A stretch of DNA of 64,000 nucleotides from the NCBI GenBank assembly GCA_000091205.1, contig AP006483.2; one strand, written 5' to 3'. The notes beneath the pieces are model-generated. The model was not told the DNA's origin. It made no database searches and worked only from the letters and a program-made list of their open reading frames with translations. Positions 22,001 through 31,471 of the stretch are shown here, piece after piece. The stretch's first letter is position 1; the number at the start of each line of letters is the position of its first letter. Source of the DNA: Cyanidioschyzon merolae (Eukaryota). Both the position numbers and the translations under genes were made by a program.

Positions 22001-23491
22001 AGACCCTGCTGCATGGACGCGTGCATGTGTCGCCACAAGCGCTCGCAGCGGCTGCTTCAAGAACGGCCATAATGGCTCCAGAGCTGGTTCGAGAAACTCC
22101 TGGATGAGTTCTGCATTTCGATCTGGCTCTGTGAACTGCATCAATCTGGCCAAAAGCGACATGAACACCGAGATCTTGTCTTGGTGACCCAGGTGGCGGC
22201 AGAGCGTTCGCGCCAGCCAAGCGAGTGCACGGCTGAGAAGCGCATCCGCTGCTGGGACCGGCTTCGTAGCCGATGCGTTGCCTTCAATGGGCGATGCTCG
22301 CAGATGCACCGGCATCGGCCGTCCATCGACCCAGACGTGCTCCGAGCGCTCCATGATCGACACGAGACATGTCGTCCACAGGATGAGCCGCCGGCCGGCA
22401 AGTTGGGTCCGACTCTGGAGATACTCCAGAATCTTAGTGCCGAGTGTGACGAGCTTTTCGCGGGTGGCCGGCGGCTCCGTGCGCGCATACGGATGCCAGA
22501 CGCTCATCTTTAGCAGCGTCAACAACGATTCATGCCGACTCTCCGGAAGATCCCGATTCAGCAGAGTCTCTGCGAGTAGTTCAAGCGTCGCCAACGGGAC
22601 AATGGCATCCGCAGTCCGCATCCAGAGAACGACAAGGCGCCAGACAGGCGATGATGGAAGCTGTCGCCGGTCAGAGGGCGCCGCTTCCACGCCAGAAGCT
22701 CGCTGGAAAGATTCGCGCTCGAGCAGTTCGGCCAGGGCGTCTTCCAGGATATGATAAACTTCCTCTGCAACACGCTCGTGCAGCGCCGGCTTCAACGACT
22801 GCGTATCAATGGCAACGCTCTGCAGCAGCCAGCGCCGACAAGCGCGCCGCACCGCCGCGAGACGCCATGTCGCACGGTCCGCCGGCAGATACCGCACCAG
22901 CTTCGCACAGACAGCCTGAACATAGGCTCGATCTTGGTCGGCTGTTGGTCCGGAGCCAGCGGCTTGTTCGCTTACGTCTGCGTGTTCCAGGACAGCGGGC
23001 TTTGCGTCAAGCACAAACTCCAGGGCTTCAAGTGCGATAGGTGCCACCTGAGCGAGAAACGCCTCGGTCCAGTCATCGGTACGGTTGAGGCACCACGACA
23101 CGCGTCCTGCGGCCTCACTAGCGACCCGCCATAGTGCCGCCCGCTCTCCCGGCTTTGCGTGTTGCAGTTGTGCTCGACAATTGAGGATGAGCGTGATCTC
23201 GTGCATCAAGTCAGCTGGCGCAGCTCTCTGTTCCTGCGACGTACATCCAGGCAGTTCAGCACACTTGTCAGTTGGGAACGCAACCGGCACGTGCTCCACG
23301 CTATGGACTGCAGGGCTATGCCCGTCATGCTGATTGGCCGCGAGTTCCAGTTCGGCAACCGTGCCCGCGAGCAAAGACACCCGCAGATCACGTAGGTTCT
23401 CCATCCGTTCGACTCTGGTCGCGGTGTACCAGAGTGCACTAGGTGCACGCTCGATGTCAGCAGCACCCCAGGCAGGCCAACGGTCAAGCAA
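19040..23491 (-). CDS. RRP12: Large HEAT/ARM-like nucleolar protein, probably an RRP12 homolog (ribosome biogenesis / export factor).
   Basis: The 1483-aa protein is uniformly alpha-helical and Leu/Ala-rich. The extreme C-terminus reads RRVLLEPYAYVPLVGDRRPGAKRKPVDSERH...KVKRQRAG, matching the conserved RRP12 tail DPYAYIPLNRSKLNRRKKMK. Internal poly-Ala, poly-Ser and acidic inserts are present. Confidence 0.5.
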   Translation of the reverse strand: MLDRWPAWGAADIERAPSALWYTATRVERMENLRDLRVSLLAGTVAELELAANQHDGHSPAVHSVEHVPVAFPTDKCAELPGCTSQEQRAAPADLMHEITLILNCRAQLQHAKPGERAALWRVASEAAGRVSWCLNRTDDWTEAFLAQVAPIALEALEFVLDAKPAVLEHADVSEQAAGSGPTADQDRAYVQAVCAKLVRYLPADRATWRLAAVRRACRRWLLQSVAIDTQSLKPALHERVAEEVYHILEDALAELLERESFQRASGVEAAPSDRRQLPSSPVWRLVVLWMRTADAIVPLATLELLAETLLNRDLPESRHESLLTLLKMSVWHPYARTEPPATREKLVTLGTKILEYLQSRTQLAGRRLILWTTCLVSIMERSEHVWVDGRPMPVHLRASPIEGNASATKPVPAADALLSRALAWLARTLCRHLGHQDKISVFMSLLARLMQFTEPDRNAELIQEFLEPALEPLWPFLKQPLRALVATHARVHAAGSQRMRPGAEQRLDEHQQVRRCGTMTSALTGNRRFDAAGRLSKRTLYRAHESTPLRADACIQADTCPWLPCMHLVVAHLLTRYDACVCAGHARPQSARALRSLLVMAVRALGTAAFLAHHGDCRSFFPWLLPILRHSLESSHLGAYVEWAERWDSQLRAERFGAESADDAAQVDALRYDLWLIGPAVCRGARELWEPGHDALWGTILERLREWLVTADDGTAGMQQAAADETASPWALLACQYMVALGENVPALVQSTNDAAPHTAVQAPAFRPTVEALLRAQFERACAASVDRRAPYLAAIRSTSLRLADDATRRLYFHQALERLAQLSSQPAAGPNAEAIALLLEITTALVDSETAPLLFDAVRGALGAPAPMQVQKRAYRALLQAMNLTVSLEQVVMALAAAYRQSHSAAEAVRLACIHRYFQRSMNAASASDVMEAPSPVAEAETTLLYEVVFGLRAASSRARASARTTLLLLVDRRVQQEHPRPSQRLVALFLAGLLADRTSAIAACLDACSLTTKRVYHALRDQKRQPQVQQSALVRDLERAFWEPLRALLHREQTPIVTKALLRAWKHFIPFWFQLVKARSSAHGSAPNGALEQASIEPLLRSVVQALDRLLARGTIHTRTASEIRGLVMRMARRCPDSLLESLCRSAALKAVLQSARKRLRHWQRQNASRQQSMIGGISNNDDDTDNDNTAALLVSMMPSQPNGAATLVDRRDTVRDQWHASASTRLDRVRRIRGTQQPLPRMDAAHPCRRHAARALEQHPDAATRRRGAAAERPAHALSKRSMARSGSVTAADASSDASELSMFWDDGGRLHVQPIDPGIGDGDRGAMPAARAPVASARVPHAGVSSSSSRSSSNAAAAAAAAASDDDPDDAGAMRATIATAPAAGRRSLARSRRPASSGSWVRFRARGARGDRPRAVRRDDGRRVLLEPYAYVPLVGDRRPGAKRKPVDSERHAIGVLRELVRPSRERVFKVKRQRAG
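19381..19440. repeat. (GCG)n/(GCT)n trinucleotide tract inside the RRP12-like CDS. It is poly-Ala on the coding strand.
   Basis: The sequence reads agcggcggcggcggcggcggcggcggcgttgctgctgctcctgctactgctgctgctg. Confidence 0.85.
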
Positions 23492-23818
23492 GCCCTGACT
23501 CGTGCAACGACTAGACCGCAGCAGCCGCAGCTACGGCCGCCGCCGGTGTCGCCTGCCGATGCCGTGCCCTGCACTGCACTTCGCCGTTGTAGTCGTGCTG
23601 CTAACGCGCAACTCCCGCTTCTGCGCAAGAGCGAAACTGGTGCTCGTTACGAGCAACGAAACATGTTACCTGCCTTCACGTTCAGTGTCACTGCTCCTGA
23701 TTCGAGGAGCTTCTCACTACACCATCGATGGAGCGCTCGTGGTGCCGTGAGGTTCGTAACACCTCACCGACGGTGTCGGCTGTGGCGAGGGCGGCGGCTC
23801 GCAGCCGGTGACCTCCAG
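23492..23818. promoter_or_regulatory. Divergent (bidirectional) promoter region between the RRP12-like gene (-) and pyruvate kinase (+).
   Basis: There are 327 bp between the two start codons. If the upstream in-frame ATG at 23546 is used, the gap is only 55 bp. Confidence 0.5.
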
Positions 23819-25795
23819 ATGACCCTTGCGGAAGAGGCGAAGTCGCCATCGAACGCGCCCCGGTCGCATCAGAAGCTCGTATCAGAGCTATTTCCGGAAC
23901 GTTTTCGCCCTTTTTTAAAAGCTCTTGACGACGGATCACTGCCTCTGGAGGATATACCCGCCTTCAACGCTCGTCGAACGAAGATCGTCTGCACTATTGG
24001 GCCCGTAACTGCGAGCTATGAACAGTTGCTCAAAATGGCAGCGCTCGGAATGAACGTCGTGCGCTTGAATATGTCGCACGGTGACTATATGTTCCACGAT
24101 CAGGTCATTGGGCACGTTCGACGAATCAACACCGAATCGCCGTTCGTGCTCGCGACGATGCTGGATATTGGCTCATTCGATCAGGTTCGCCTGGGTGAAT
24201 TTCCCGGCAACGATCTCGTGCTTCGTTCGGGTGATATGTTGACGATTACCGCTCGGCATGAAGCATCGTATCCGGAGAACGTTACGGAGGTGAGCGACGA
24301 TGCGTTTATAGAGGTAGTCCAGCCCGGCGATGTTATTGAGATTCTTGCGAGTCCGGACGGGAACATGGTGCTACTCCGGGTTCAGTCGCTGTCGAACGAC
24401 GGCAAAGATGCACACTGTGTTGTCATGGAGGCAGGACGTGTCCGCAGTCGTTCACCGGTGGCGATTCGTGGAAAGAGTTTCAAGACGCGACCGCCTCAAA
24501 GCGGCGCCTTTGAGCACGACCTTGAATTTGCGATACGAGAACGCGTCGAAATGATTGCGCTTTCATTTGTGGAGCACCCAGAACAGATTCTAGAGGTAAG
24601 ATCGCTGCTTCGGCAGAACGGTGCGAACAATACTGCGATTGTCGCGAAGATCGAAAGTGCTGCTGCGCTGCAGAACTTGCCAGCGATTATACAAGCGACA
24701 GATGCTGTAATGATCGCTCGCGGTGACCTCGGCACTGATATTCGTTACGATATGGTGCCGTTCTGGCAACAGCGAATAGGCCAAATTTGTCGCGCTTATG
24801 CAAAGCCGTGTATCGTGTCAACGCATTTCCTCGAAAGCATGGTTCTTTATCCAACCCCCACGCGGGCTGAGGTCACGGATATTGCCGAAGCAGTGAAGCA
24901 GCAGGCCGACGCCCTCATGCTGACTGCGGAAACCGCCAGCGGCAAGTATCCGCTGCGGGCGCTGAGCCTTATGAGCCGCGTTGCGCTGCGCATAGAGCAG
25001 CGCTTGGCAGCCGGCATGCGACGCCTCAACGCGGTACCCGCCTTCGAATCGAACAACAACTGGTCACCGGAGGTGCTGCGGAACACAGAGCGAGTCTGTG
25101 CTACAGCGTGCACAATCGCAGAGCAACTGCGAGCAGCTGCGATTTTATGCTTCACACAGCGAGGCTTCATGGCTACGTTGCTTTCGCGATGTCGCCCGCA
25201 TTGCCCCCTCTATGCTTTTACCAGCAGCGTCATGGCAAGAAACAAGATGAGCATTCTCTACGGTGTGCGAGCATTTCGGATATTGTTTGATGGAGACCCT
25301 GAGGTCACCGTTCAGCGCGCTATGGATGAGTTGCGAGACCGTCGGGCGCTGCAACCCGGTGATCGCGTCGTCGTGGTAGCCGACGTGCTCGGTGGGCGCA
25401 ATCGAGCCACAGAGGAGGAGATGCTTTTCGTCTTTGGCAATCTCGATGTGGAGAATCGTGGCTATATTAGCCGTGCGCTTGTCCGGCGAGGTTTACGGGA
25501 ACTCGGTCTCAAAGCTGGCGACGATGTAGAGCTGGAAACCTGGCTCGATGATTATGAGCAGGATCAAGCGCTCATTGAGGAATGTGCTGTTGCACCGGAT
25601 TTTGAGGAATGTATGGAGCGCGTTGCAGGTTCAACTGAGCGTGATGGCACCGAACCTGCGTCGCTGGAAACCGCTCGCACCGGAACGACAGGTCGTCGGC
25701 GGGTGCTCGATCAGGTGGATTATGCTGCTTTCCGTCAACTTGCCCAGGATAGCGCTGAAATTGTTCAAACGATTCAGTTTCGCATCATGGAGTAG
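23819..25795 (+). CDS. Pyruvate kinase.
   Basis: The PK signatures are RRTKIVCTIGPVTASYEQLLKMAALGMNVVRLNMSHGDY and MIARGDLGTDI. Full A, B and C domains are present. About 110 extra C-terminal residues follow (...ELGLKAGDDVELETWLDDYEQDQALIEEC...). The ORF is open upstream to 23546, giving a possible 91-aa Arg/Ser-rich presequence. Confidence 0.9.
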   Translation: MTLAEEAKSPSNAPRSHQKLVSELFPERFRPFLKALDDGSLPLEDIPAFNARRTKIVCTIGPVTASYEQLLKMAALGMNVVRLNMSHGDYMFHDQVIGHVRRINTESPFVLATMLDIGSFDQVRLGEFPGNDLVLRSGDMLTITARHEASYPENVTEVSDDAFIEVVQPGDVIEILASPDGNMVLLRVQSLSNDGKDAHCVVMEAGRVRSRSPVAIRGKSFKTRPPQSGAFEHDLEFAIRERVEMIALSFVEHPEQILEVRSLLRQNGANNTAIVAKIESAAALQNLPAIIQATDAVMIARGDLGTDIRYDMVPFWQQRIGQICRAYAKPCIVSTHFLESMVLYPTPTRAEVTDIAEAVKQQADALMLTAETASGKYPLRALSLMSRVALRIEQRLAAGMRRLNAVPAFESNNNWSPEVLRNTERVCATACTIAEQLRAAAILCFTQRGFMATLLSRCRPHCPLYAFTSSVMARNKMSILYGVRAFRILFDGDPEVTVQRAMDELRDRRALQPGDRVVVVADVLGGRNRATEEEMLFVFGNLDVENRGYISRALVRRGLRELGLKAGDDVELETWLDDYEQDQALIEECAVAPDFEECMERVAGSTERDGTEPASLETARTGTTGRRRVLDQVDYAAFRQLAQDSAEIVQTIQFRIME

Positions 25796-25949
25796 TTCGC
25801 GATCCGTACGGAAACGAGTGCATCATTTCTAAGAACGTGATGAAAGGCTGCAGGATGCCCCGCGTGAGCATAGTTGCGAGTCTTCGCACGTCCGTTCGTA
25901 GCAGAGGCGAATCATAAACGAGAATGCACGGTACCAGATGAACTCGATG

Positions 25950-27600
25950 AAGGACAGGGTGCACGGGTACGGAGTATCTGCAGCTTTCGCTGGTACAGAG
26001 ACGCACGCGCTTTAAGTGGCATCGGATGCGCCAGGTCGTTGACCCTAAGCTTGCCTCGTTGGCGTTGCGCAACAAGGCAGTGGCCGCCGCTGCTACGCAC
26101 TGCGTTACGTTCCTTGCTGTACGCCATGCTTATAGTCTTTCGTTTCAGTCTTTTCCCCTTTTCTGGATGTAATCGAGTGCTTTTTTTTGTAGTGCATAGC
26201 AGGAGATCGCCATCAAGATGCAATGTACTCTATAGATCGTAGATGGATTGCCTGAAGGATACATGCTTTACTGAATCGTGCAAGGAGGACTGCATACCTC
26301 CTTAAAATGAGTCGTATCATAGTACTCAGATGGTTGAGGAACTCTGAAAGAAACAAGTATATGCTCTCGCGACAGAAACCCGATATTCCTGCCGGCTGAT
26401 TGCGGTAAACGGTAGTGAAGCGGTTCCTTGAACATCTTACAAGCAGCAAAAAGCGACCATTGAGGTCACGATAAGCGTCTCTGGTCTTGTCCAGCTCGTT
26501 CGAGTGGTCCTCAAATCACTGGAATACAGTTGCAAAAAAGTCCAGTATCACGTACGGTCATCTTCCAGTGAAGTCGCAACGACCGCGTTCCTGAAATGCA
26601 GCGATCCATACGAAGCACAGGGACGTCGCCTTGTTTTTTTCGGTTGACGATCGTTGCTTCGGGCACACTGGTCGGAACGTATATGGGTACTTGCGTCTGC
26701 GGAGCTCGTTCCATGTGCAATCGAACCCGTAGAGCGCGATATCATCATCTGTTCGAGCTGCAGTGGATTCATTTGACGGCTTCAGTTTCGCTCACAAAGA
26801 AGGTTCATACAACAGCACCAACCACGTTGTCGAATCATTGAAGACTTTTCCCTTGAAGTCTGGCATCGACCTTCTATTCGACAACGTCGCATTTCAGCAT
26901 GCAGCTTGCTTCAGATCTTTTGCAGATTATGTTGGGGTAGAGCTGCTGTTCATCCGTCCGTACTCCCGGTGGTTCAGTTCCGTCGAAAGAGGGTTTTCGA
27001 TCGCGAGACACAATGATCGATTCACTCGGCGAATTAATGATAACCGATGGGCATACAGAGTTCCGTCGATTCGGTGAAATAAGAAATCCCAGGGAAAGGT
27101 ATGGGCGTGCAAGTCGGGGATCCCGGCGGGCGGTCATCGCCGGCTGCCCAAGAAAAAAAACGAAAATATCCCGTTCTCACCGACCATCGAGCGAAGAAGA
27201 GCAACTGTCGAAGAAGACGACGCAAAAAAAGGGAGACAGATGAGAGAACGTGTTTCCCCGACGGGTCGAGGACGAGACTGTAGTAGCACAGGAGGCATGA
27301 ATTCGGGAAATCCTTGGAACAGTGCGTCCACTCAGCAGTAATGCACGCAAAGAGCTCATGAACTCAGACCGCAAAGCGCTTTCAACATCAGACAATGTTT
27401 GGTGCTGAAGACAAGACCGGAGGAGCTGATGCGAGCCAACTTCGTGCGGTAGCTTCTCAATGTCGAAATGTACAAGGAGAAACAAAAACCGACGAGAGGT
27501 TGCCGGTCGAAAACGGCTAGGAGGCGTCTGCGTCTGGGCTTCCATGCACTCTATATTATTGTGAAACGTTGTTTGTTTCATTGACATGCATGTAGTGGCT
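25950..27600 (+). mobile_element. Tc1/mariner-superfamily DNA transposon, decayed near-full-length copy C.
   Basis: It is collinear with copy B. The HDNAPSH-like block reads LLFDNVAFQHAA. The PYSPDLNPIE-like block reads ELLFIRPYSRWFSSVERGF. The first-D region reads KHRDVALFFSVDD. TIR-like ends are agtactcagatggttgaggaac...tgaaagaaacaag (5' side) and cttgtttgtttcattgacatgcatgtagt (3'). The frame is broken. Confidence 0.6.
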
Positions 27601-27658
27601 GCGTTCATGCGCACGTCCACCATTTCGTTCCGTAGCCTCAGAATCCGACAGCAATACG

Positions 27659-27693
27659 CACCACCACCACCACCACCACCACCACCACCACCA
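27659..27693. repeat. (CAC/CCA)11 trinucleotide microsatellite.
   Basis: The sequence reads caccaccaccaccaccaccaccaccaccaccacca. Confidence 0.9.
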
Positions 27694-29086
27694 TCAACAT
27701 CACTACCTATCCATCTCTCTGGAGATCACGGGTCATTCGTGCGTTCCACTGGATGCGAAGCTGTGACGCCAATTGTCTCCAAACTTGGTTCGTGCATCTC
27801 TATGGTATACGCGAACGGTTGATGAGTCGGCCTTGAAGTAGTGCATACGGCCTCGAATCTCGTTTGGATTCAGTCCAATAGATTTGCACGAGCATCCGAT
27901 CGAGCGACACGGGATCCACGAAGGCGCGTTTCCCGTCCGGAGCAATGCACGTGGGCATCAGCTCGAACGCTTCGGACGTCGGCATGCGGTGCTGCCTCGT
28001 CTGCAGGGTCCGCTCCAGGTTCTGAAAATGCTGGATACGGCGAACGTCTTGCATCCATTGTCCCGAGATCGCAGACGCATACCAGTCGGTAAAGATTCTT
28101 CCTGGTGCAGCGCATGATGTTGTCCCCTGAAATTCCAGCGGACGCAGAAAACAAACTGGTAACCGGGGAACAGGCATCGCGTTTGTTTTCCACAGCGTCT
28201 GCCACGTTCTACCCGTATCAGAGAGGCGCCCTCGTACATGCGGCTCCATCGAAGCTGACCGATAACATCGCAGCAGGCGAGTCGCACGCTGCACATTCGT
28301 ACTGATCACCCGTTGAATACAGGGTATACACTGCAGCGCATGCACCCTACAAGACACTGGGGCGCTTCAACGTCGACTCAACTGCCGTGGCGTTCCGACT
28401 CGCACATCAGGTCTATGTGTGCGGACGCGGTTACCCATTTCCAAACCTGGACGCTCGGTGGGCATTGGGTCCCGGCCAGCGAGAGCGACAGCATCGGCAA
28501 ACGGGTATGCCCCTGTGTCATCATCCGGTTCTCTGGGCACCCCGCCCCCTGATTAGGATTCTCGGAAATAGAGTGCATCTGAATACGTGTTGGCACGCGT
28601 TTGGTCGATGAAGACGGCTCCGGCTTCACGACGCAAACCTGATGTGTTCCGCAAAGACGAAACCTCGCACACACGAAGGATTGCATGGCGTCGAAGCAGG
28701 TCCAAGTACCGTACCGGTCGACGCCAGAGAAAAAAGCGATGCCATGGCCGAGACTCGTCTCTTTCAGAGCCAAACTTTATGCACGCGTAACGCGCTCACG
28801 ACACTCTAGACGACACGGGGTTTGCTGCGGTGACGCCCGTGCACAGCGCGAATGATGCGTTCAGACGTGAAAGAGTTGCTCCGGCGTTTCCGATTCTTGG
28901 ATCCTCCCGCATGTTTACCAGAAAAAATGCTACCATCCCCCGGGGCTCTACCGAAAGTCGTCCACCCCAAGTTTCTCGCGACTAGGATTGAACACGCTCT
29001 GTGGACGCCTGACGAAAGCACGATCCGGGGCAGCGTTCAGCACAGAGTACGTTGCTTTGTTGGCGAGACTGCTGCCATGGTCTTGT

Positions 29087-31252
29087 CTAGTCAGTGTGCA
29101 GCGCATCAGGCCATGAAGTGCTTGAAGCGACTTGCTGAAGCGGATCGCCTCCAGCTGCTTTGCTATAACCGATGAGCGAGGTGGAAGCGCGAGACGCCCA
29201 TACCCCTTGGACAACGGGACCGCTCGGTGCGGTTACCACGTTACCGTCTGCGGTACGCAGCGCCAGAAAATCGTCGTCGTTCAACGCTTGCCGCGTGGAT
29301 GCAACTTGCGCGTGCCCCGGGTCGTCGTCAGCTGGGAACGCTTTGCGCACGCTCGCATCACTCGCTTCAGCATTCGTGTCAGGAGGCGTCGTCTGGCTCC
29401 CGCTAGGGACCAGTTTCGGAACGGGAGCGTGCTCTCGGTGTAGCGTCTCCCCCTTAACCACGGAATGCGGTTCAGTGTCTGCTGAATACACTGGTGGCGA
29501 CTTGAGAACACCGCCTAGCTCCGTACTCGTCTCCGTGCTGGCGGGATGCGACGATGTCGCAGAGGCGTCATCCTCGGCGATATCCAGATCATTCTCCAAC
29601 GCTTGAATGCGTGCGAGTCTTCGCGAACGCTCATTTTCTAGAAATACCTGGCTTTTCTCCTGCCATGCCTTTTTGGCAGCAACCGCTTGTGCGGCACATG
29701 CTGCAACCTCGGCCATCGCTGCCGGTACCTGAACACCACACTTGTGAAATGCGAAAATAACCTCAGCAGCAAAGTTCAGCGCATTCGTCTGGCGGCGAGC
29801 AGGCCCCGTGCGCTGCGCCACTGCATGCTTGGAGGCGTCACGTTGGCTAGGCATCCCGCGAGTCTTGTTTGGTTTTCTTGCATAGAGCTCATCCACGCCA
29901 TCTCGATCTGCGGCTACTTTTCCCACAGGTCTAAAGCCGGCCAGTGAGGCCACGTTGCCGCGCAGCTGATCTGCTGCGTCGTGCGCTTTGCGCACTTCCG
30001 TATCGACTGCGGCAGCTTCGCTGGATGCATTCGCAGACGAGATCGCATGCGCAACCGTCGTTGGACTTGGACTCGGGAGAAGCGCGCGAATCTCCGCCTG
30101 AATCGCATCATCCTCCGGCAGCATGCTTTGAAGCGCTCGAAGCACTAGATCACAGGAGTGCTTCTGTTCGATGTACGGGTCAACTGGCTCCTCGCGGAGA
30201 CGAGCCAGTTCCCGCTGCTTCCACTGCTCACGTCGACGGGCTGCTTCCGCCTCACGCCGCTCTTGTCGAGCTTGCCGTTCCTGCTCCCACCAGAGCCGCT
30301 CATTCTCTTTCCATTGGCGGTCTGATTCGCGAAACGAATCCCACGCCGACTGTATCTCCTGACGCAACGCAGCCATTCTTGCATGCAGCGACTCTCGATT
30401 GACGGGCCCAGCAGCAGCCTCTACCTCTTCGACTTGTCGATCGATGCGTTTCCGTAGCTCGTCCAGTTGGTCGCGCTGGCGATCCAGGTCGGTGCGGGCC
30501 TTGTTCAGCGCATCGTCGAGTTCGCGACGCTGAGCTTCAAGTTCTTCCCGCGCAAGACGAAGTTTTTCTACTTGTTCGCGTCGGCTTTCGTGTTCGATTT
30601 CCGCTCGGCGAGCTTCTTCGCGTGCGTGGATCCGCAAGTAGGTGAGCTCTGAAATGAGCCGTTTCTCATCAGAAAGGCTCAGTGTCGAGTGCGCTTGCGC
30701 TCCTTCAAGCTCTGCGATGCGTGCGTCGACTTCTGCTACGGAGCGGTACTTTCGCGTTACAGCCGGCGCACTCGTTTTCGGCCCTGATGCAGAAGTGCTC
30801 TCGCGCAAACGCTCCTGCACAGCACGCTTTCTGTCCAGGAGCTCGCGCCAGCGCTGCTGCGCTTCCTGGAAAGCGGCCTTTGCCGATTGCAGTTCAGCCT
30901 GATAGCGTTCTCGTATCGCCCGCACTTGCTGTCGCGACTTTGCCGACTTGGAGAGCTCTTGTCGAATGCGATCCACCTCAGAAAGTTTCTCCGCCTCCAG
31001 CTTCTTGATCTCGTCAATACTCGGGCGCGGGTAACGTTTTACTCGGGTGTGCGAAGTACCTTCTTGCAGAAGTTCACCTCGAGAGCCAGCAGCTGGCGTC
31101 GCATCAGGCACCGACGTCAGCGCTGCCGTCTTCGCGTTCTCAGCACCGATTATCGGAGCCGATGGCCACTCGGACGGCTCCATCATACTGCCTGCTTCCT
31201 GCCGACTAAACAAGATCCCCGTCCAGAAGCAAGCAATGAGTAAACCTGCCAC
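29087..31252 (-). CDS. BFR1: Charged coiled-coil protein, Bfr1-like (nuclear segregation / mRNP protein family).
   Basis: Long E/R/Q/L heptad segments are present. Bfr1-like landmarks are IAELEGAQAHSTLSLSDEKRLISELTYLR, EEPVDPYIEQKHSCDLVLRALQSML and YARKPNKTRG...ALNFAAEVIFAFHKCGVQVPAAMAEVAACAAQAVAAKKAWQ. Confidence 0.45.
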   Translation of the reverse strand: MAGLLIACFWTGILFSRQEAGSMMEPSEWPSAPIIGAENAKTAALTSVPDATPAAGSRGELLQEGTSHTRVKRYPRPSIDEIKKLEAEKLSEVDRIRQELSKSAKSRQQVRAIRERYQAELQSAKAAFQEAQQRWRELLDRKRAVQERLRESTSASGPKTSAPAVTRKYRSVAEVDARIAELEGAQAHSTLSLSDEKRLISELTYLRIHAREEARRAEIEHESRREQVEKLRLAREELEAQRRELDDALNKARTDLDRQRDQLDELRKRIDRQVEEVEAAAGPVNRESLHARMAALRQEIQSAWDSFRESDRQWKENERLWWEQERQARQERREAEAARRREQWKQRELARLREEPVDPYIEQKHSCDLVLRALQSMLPEDDAIQAEIRALLPSPSPTTVAHAISSANASSEAAAVDTEVRKAHDAADQLRGNVASLAGFRPVGKVAADRDGVDELYARKPNKTRGMPSQRDASKHAVAQRTGPARRQTNALNFAAEVIFAFHKCGVQVPAAMAEVAACAAQAVAAKKAWQEKSQVFLENERSRRLARIQALENDLDIAEDDASATSSHPASTETSTELGGVLKSPPVYSADTEPHSVVKGETLHREHAPVPKLVPSGSQTTPPDTNAEASDASVRKAFPADDDPGHAQVASTRQALNDDDFLALRTADGNVVTAPSGPVVQGVWASRASTSLIGYSKAAGGDPLQQVASSTSWPDALHTD

Positions 31253-31471
31253 ACGCTTCGCGACCTGTCACGAGCACCGTCTCACTGCACGGTGCGGCTA
31301 GGCAAGCGCAACGATAACCGTTTGACTGGGCCCCAGCGCCGCAAAGCTGCGGCGTACGCGTCCACAGGTGCCCCCGCAGGCGTTGCCCCGACGCACTCAG
31401 TACCGCCGGGTATCCGCTGCGCTCTGGCGATGTTTTGATGCAGCGCGTGCCGTGACACCAGCGGATCTATT

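Noticed and set aside
19060-22754. Multiple 100-230-aa ORFs on both strands inside the RRP12-like gene (e.g. 19060..19698 -, 21403..22107 +, 20290..20886 +).
   Set aside because: They lie in alternative frames of, or antisense to, a continuous 1483-aa ORF. They are low complexity (Arg/Ala/Pro-rich) with no motifs. They are GC-driven artefacts.
27800-28357. A 185-aa minus-strand ORF between transposon copy C and the Bfr1-like gene.
   Set aside because: It has no recognisable domain and is overlapped by same-size ORFs in other frames. It may be spacer or transposon-flank sequence.
29132-31243. Plus-strand ORFs of 100-150 aa antisense to the Bfr1-like coiled-coil gene.
   Set aside because: Coiled-coil genes rich in GAG/CGC/CAG codons produce long complementary-strand ORFs. 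These have none of the conserved blocks and are antisense to a continuous 721-aa ORF.
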